A DNA stretch of 27,237 bases. Source: Clostridiaceae bacterium (lineage in GTDB: Bacteria > Bacillota > Clostridia > Saccharofermentanales > DTU023). Made by a program: the position numbers and the translations under genes. Location: assembly GCA_012511735.1 (NCBI GenBank), contig JAAZFK010000256.1, positions 1-27,237 on the forward strand, written 5' to 3'. A model generated the notes under the pieces. It was not told the origin of the DNA and made no database searches. It worked only from the letters and a program-made list of their open reading frames with translations. Below are positions 24,965 through 27,237 of this stretch, piece by piece (the stretch's first letter is position 1; each line of letters begins with the position of its first letter).

Positions 24965-26431
24965 ACTTCTTTTCGCGGCGACCTGTCGGTCAACCCGCTC
25001 GATGTAGAGGCGCAGATCCTTGGGATTGTGAAGGCGCCTGGCCGTCCGCTCCAGGATCACCTTGGATGTTGACCCGCTGCCCAGGCCGACAACCGGTACC
25101 TGATCACTCATCATGGCGACATTGTAGAGGGAGCCCGCCAGTCGGGTGAAGCCTGTATTCTCAAGACCCGACCGGCAATTTTTCTGCTTATAAAGGTAAT
25201 AGGGCCGGAAACCCGCCTGCCCCAGGAGACGATGCGCTTCCCCGACCGCTTCAATCAGGACCGGGTCAGGCAGGAGTGCCCCATGGTCATCGAAGAGACG
25301 ATCCAGGTAAGAACCTTTCTTCACAGCCAGGGTGTGGAGGGTGATATGTTCGGGATTAAGTTCAAGCACCCGTTTGACTGAATCAAGCAAATCAGACGTG
25401 CTTTCGCCCGGCAGTCCGGCGATCAGGTCCATATTAATATCGGTGAAACCCAAAGACCGGGCCAGCCGGAAGGAGGCGACCGTCTGATCTGTCGTGTGGT
25501 GGCGGCCAATCCGGCGCAGAGTTTCATCATGCATGGTTTGAGGATTGATGCAAAGCCTCTGAAAGCCGCAGTCCCGGATGATCTCCAACTTCTCGCGATC
25601 CAGTGTGTCCGGACGGCCCGCCTCCATGGTCAGTTCCGCCCCCTGCTTGAGAGGGGCAAGAGCGAGCACCTCCTCCAGGTAGCGGCGAAAAAGTGCAGGA
25701 GGCAGACTGGTTGGCGTCCCGCCCCCATAGTAGACAGCTCTGATCTTGCCGGGAAAGCGGCCGGTGAAAATACCCCCGGCTTCCCTGATCACAGCGTCCA
25801 CGTAGTGGACCAGGCTCCCCTCCTGCCTGCCTGCATCCTGGGTGATGAAGCTGCAGTAGAGGCAGCGGCCGGGGCAAAAAGGAAGCCCCACATAAAGCAT
25901 GACGTCATCCTCTTCCAGTTGTCGCAAGGTGGCGTCTTCTGCCAGCGCCGTCTTCACGGCCAGGGCCGCCTTTGATCCGGAAAGCCTCCAGTAGTCGGAT
26001 AAGATGGCCGCCGCCTGGTCCTCGCCTGACTGATTGATCACTTCAAGGGCAATCTGGGTCGGCCTCACGCCGGTCAGACTGCCCCAGGGGAAATCAAGTC
26101 CCGTCGCCCGCGACAGGAGCAGGTAAAGCTGCCGCTTCAGTACCCGCCTGAGCAGGTGGAGGGGAATCCGTTCGCTGACCATGTCCGCTTGCTTGCCTTC
26201 CAGCCGGCTGGTTACCCGGACCTCCTGATCCGACCGGCCGCTTCTTGAAACAAGGCGCGCCTTTCCGGCGCTGATCGGAGGATCAACAGCTGAAGTAAGA
26301 AAAAGATTCAGATCGGATGGCGCTGTGAGCGATGAGTCTCCGATTCTTTCCGCCTGACCGAAAAAAAGCCGGACCAGGTCGGCCAAAGCGGCCATTTCAT
26401 GGTGTCCCCGGGCTTCAAGCTTGAATGCCAC
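24944..26431 (-). CDS. hemZ: Radical SAM coproporphyrinogen dehydrogenase-like protein HemZ
   Basis: PWGSLTGVRPT (HemZ N-terminal signature), YVGLPFCPGRCLYCSF (CxxxCxxC), GGGTPT, EAGRPDT, INPQTM, NMDLIAGLPGE, PYYLYKQKN, LENTGF. Confidence 0.82.
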   Translation of the reverse strand: MAFKLEARGHHEMAALADLVRLFFGQAERIGDSSLTAPSDLNLFLTSAVDPPISAGKARLVSRSGRSDQEVRVTSRLEGKQADMVSERIPLHLLRRVLKRQLYLLLSRATGLDFPWGSLTGVRPTQIALEVINQSGEDQAAAILSDYWRLSGSKAALAVKTALAEDATLRQLEEDDVMLYVGLPFCPGRCLYCSFITQDAGRQEGSLVHYVDAVIREAGGIFTGRFPGKIRAVYYGGGTPTSLPPALFRRYLEEVLALAPLKQGAELTMEAGRPDTLDREKLEIIRDCGFQRLCINPQTMHDETLRRIGRHHTTDQTVASFRLARSLGFTDINMDLIAGLPGESTSDLLDSVKRVLELNPEHITLHTLAVKKGSYLDRLFDDHGALLPDPVLIEAVGEAHRLLGQAGFRPYYLYKQKNCRSGLENTGFTRLAGSLYNVAMMSDQVPVVGLGSGSTSKVILERTARRLHNPKDLRLYIERVDRQVAAKRSLFLSES

Positions 26432-26437
26432 GCTGAC

Positions 26438-27237
26438 TTATCCGAAGATTCCCGTCTTGTTCAAGAGGAAGAGGATGAGAAGAATGATGGGTTGGTGGAC
26501 CAGATAGACCCAGAGCGAATGACGGCCCAGGAACCGGATGGGCCGGGTCAGCCGGTAGAAACGGCCCTCATGGCGGGTAAAGGCCTGGCCCGTCGCGTAA
26601 AGGGTGTGGCCGACCGCTGCCCCGGAAAGGAAAAAGCCCAACCAGGGAAAAAGGGGCATGTGATCCAGCTGGTGAATACCACTGGCAGGCGTTCCCAGGA
26701 TGATGAGCAGGGGGTTGGACGAATAGGGCGGGAGCACGGGCTGAATCAAGGTCGAGATGAAGATGGAGACCATGCCGATGATGATCAGAAGTCCCGGGAA
26801 AAGATGCGGTCTGTAGGAAACTGCCTCCTCATCCTCCCCGCTTGTCTCCACGGAGGGGTCGGGGATCCATTTAAGTCTGACCGCCAAACGTTCGAGCAGG
26901 GCGTAGACGACTGTGGAGAGCGCGACCACGTGGATCACATTAAAAAGCAGGAGACCGGTACCGGCGAAGCTGTCGACGAAAATGCTGAGCGCAGTCGCGG
27001 CGATGGCCACGATCACCATCCTGAACCCCCGCTTCATGCTGTTGCGTGAGAAGCGTGAGCTGGCGCCGGAAACGGCCAGGAAAACAATCAGGACCAGGGG
27101 CCTGCCGACCTGATAAAACCAGTAGGAATGCTGGAAAGCAACAAAATCCTGATGATAGATATCATAAAGATCGCCGATCGTGTGATGAAACATCATCAGG
27201 GTCAGGGCGCAGCCTCTTAAAAAGTCAAGTTCAGGAA
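26438..27237 (-). CDS. DUF1624 / heparan-alpha-glucosaminide N-acetyltransferase-like membrane protein, N-terminus outside the window
   Basis: Frame stays open to the window edge: PELDFLRGCALTLMMFHH; multi-TM; DHMPLFPWLGFFLSG, FLGRHSLWVYLVHQP. Confidence 0.78.
   Translation of the reverse strand, partial: PELDFLRGCALTLMMFHHTIGDLYDIYHQDFVAFQHSYWFYQVGRPLVLIVFLAVSGASSRFSRNSMKRGFRMVIVAIAATALSIFVDSFAGTGLLLFNVIHVVALSTVVYALLERLAVRLKWIPDPSVETSGEDEEAVSYRPHLFPGLLIIIGMVSIFISTLIQPVLPPYSSNPLLIILGTPASGIHQLDHMPLFPWLGFFLSGAAVGHTLYATGQAFTRHEGRFYRLTRPIRFLGRHSLWVYLVHQPIILLILFLLNKTGIFG

Noticed and set aside
889-27113. Numerous 60-216 aa ORFs antisense to or out of frame with identified genes (e.g. 889-1482, 2801-3385, 5091-5687, 8100-8642, 19018-19530, 26399-27049)
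   Set aside because: Shadow ORFs expected in GC-rich coding DNA; they lack SDs or motifs and lie wholly over well-supported genes.
1-27237. tRNA, rRNA, CRISPR array, prophage or integrase
   Set aside because: No cloverleaf, rRNA-like sequence, spaced direct repeats or recombinase/phage motifs seen; nearly all sequence is accounted for by housekeeping CDSs.

Overview
A gene-dense, fairly GC-rich stretch of core chromosome, most likely from a Clostridia-class Bacillota (inferred from gene content, type II IleRS, single long Rel and sigmaA-type promoters). Gene order: partial M20 peptidase, small 2-TM protein, rqcH, then queH-ruvB-ruvA-ruvC-LCP-rpsT on the minus strand, an AT-richer MqsA-zinc-finger/HTH/Panacea(DUF4065) antitoxin gene with no evident toxin and a perfect 18-bp inverted repeat upstream, a RimJ-like GNAT, rnj, rel-recJ-rpsU (rpsU is missing from the ORF track), a DUF2207-like membrane protein, ispF-methyltransferase-queT-ileS, an NCS2 purine permease, a metallophosphoesterase, hemZ and a partial DUF1624 protein. 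I found no rRNA, tRNA, CRISPR array, integrase or transposase. The only accessory-looking element is the apparently orphan Panacea antitoxin with its palindrome, inserted directly against the rpsT promoter. The other notable signals are regulatory and were read by eye. All four divergent gene pairs have candidate -10 hexamers overlapping at a shared TA. Two genes look leaderless. Terminator-like hairpins lie in front of rnj and recJ-rel. ileS has no T-box leader. All four convergent junctions overlap or abut with no terminator. No clearly new multi-gene system is evident.
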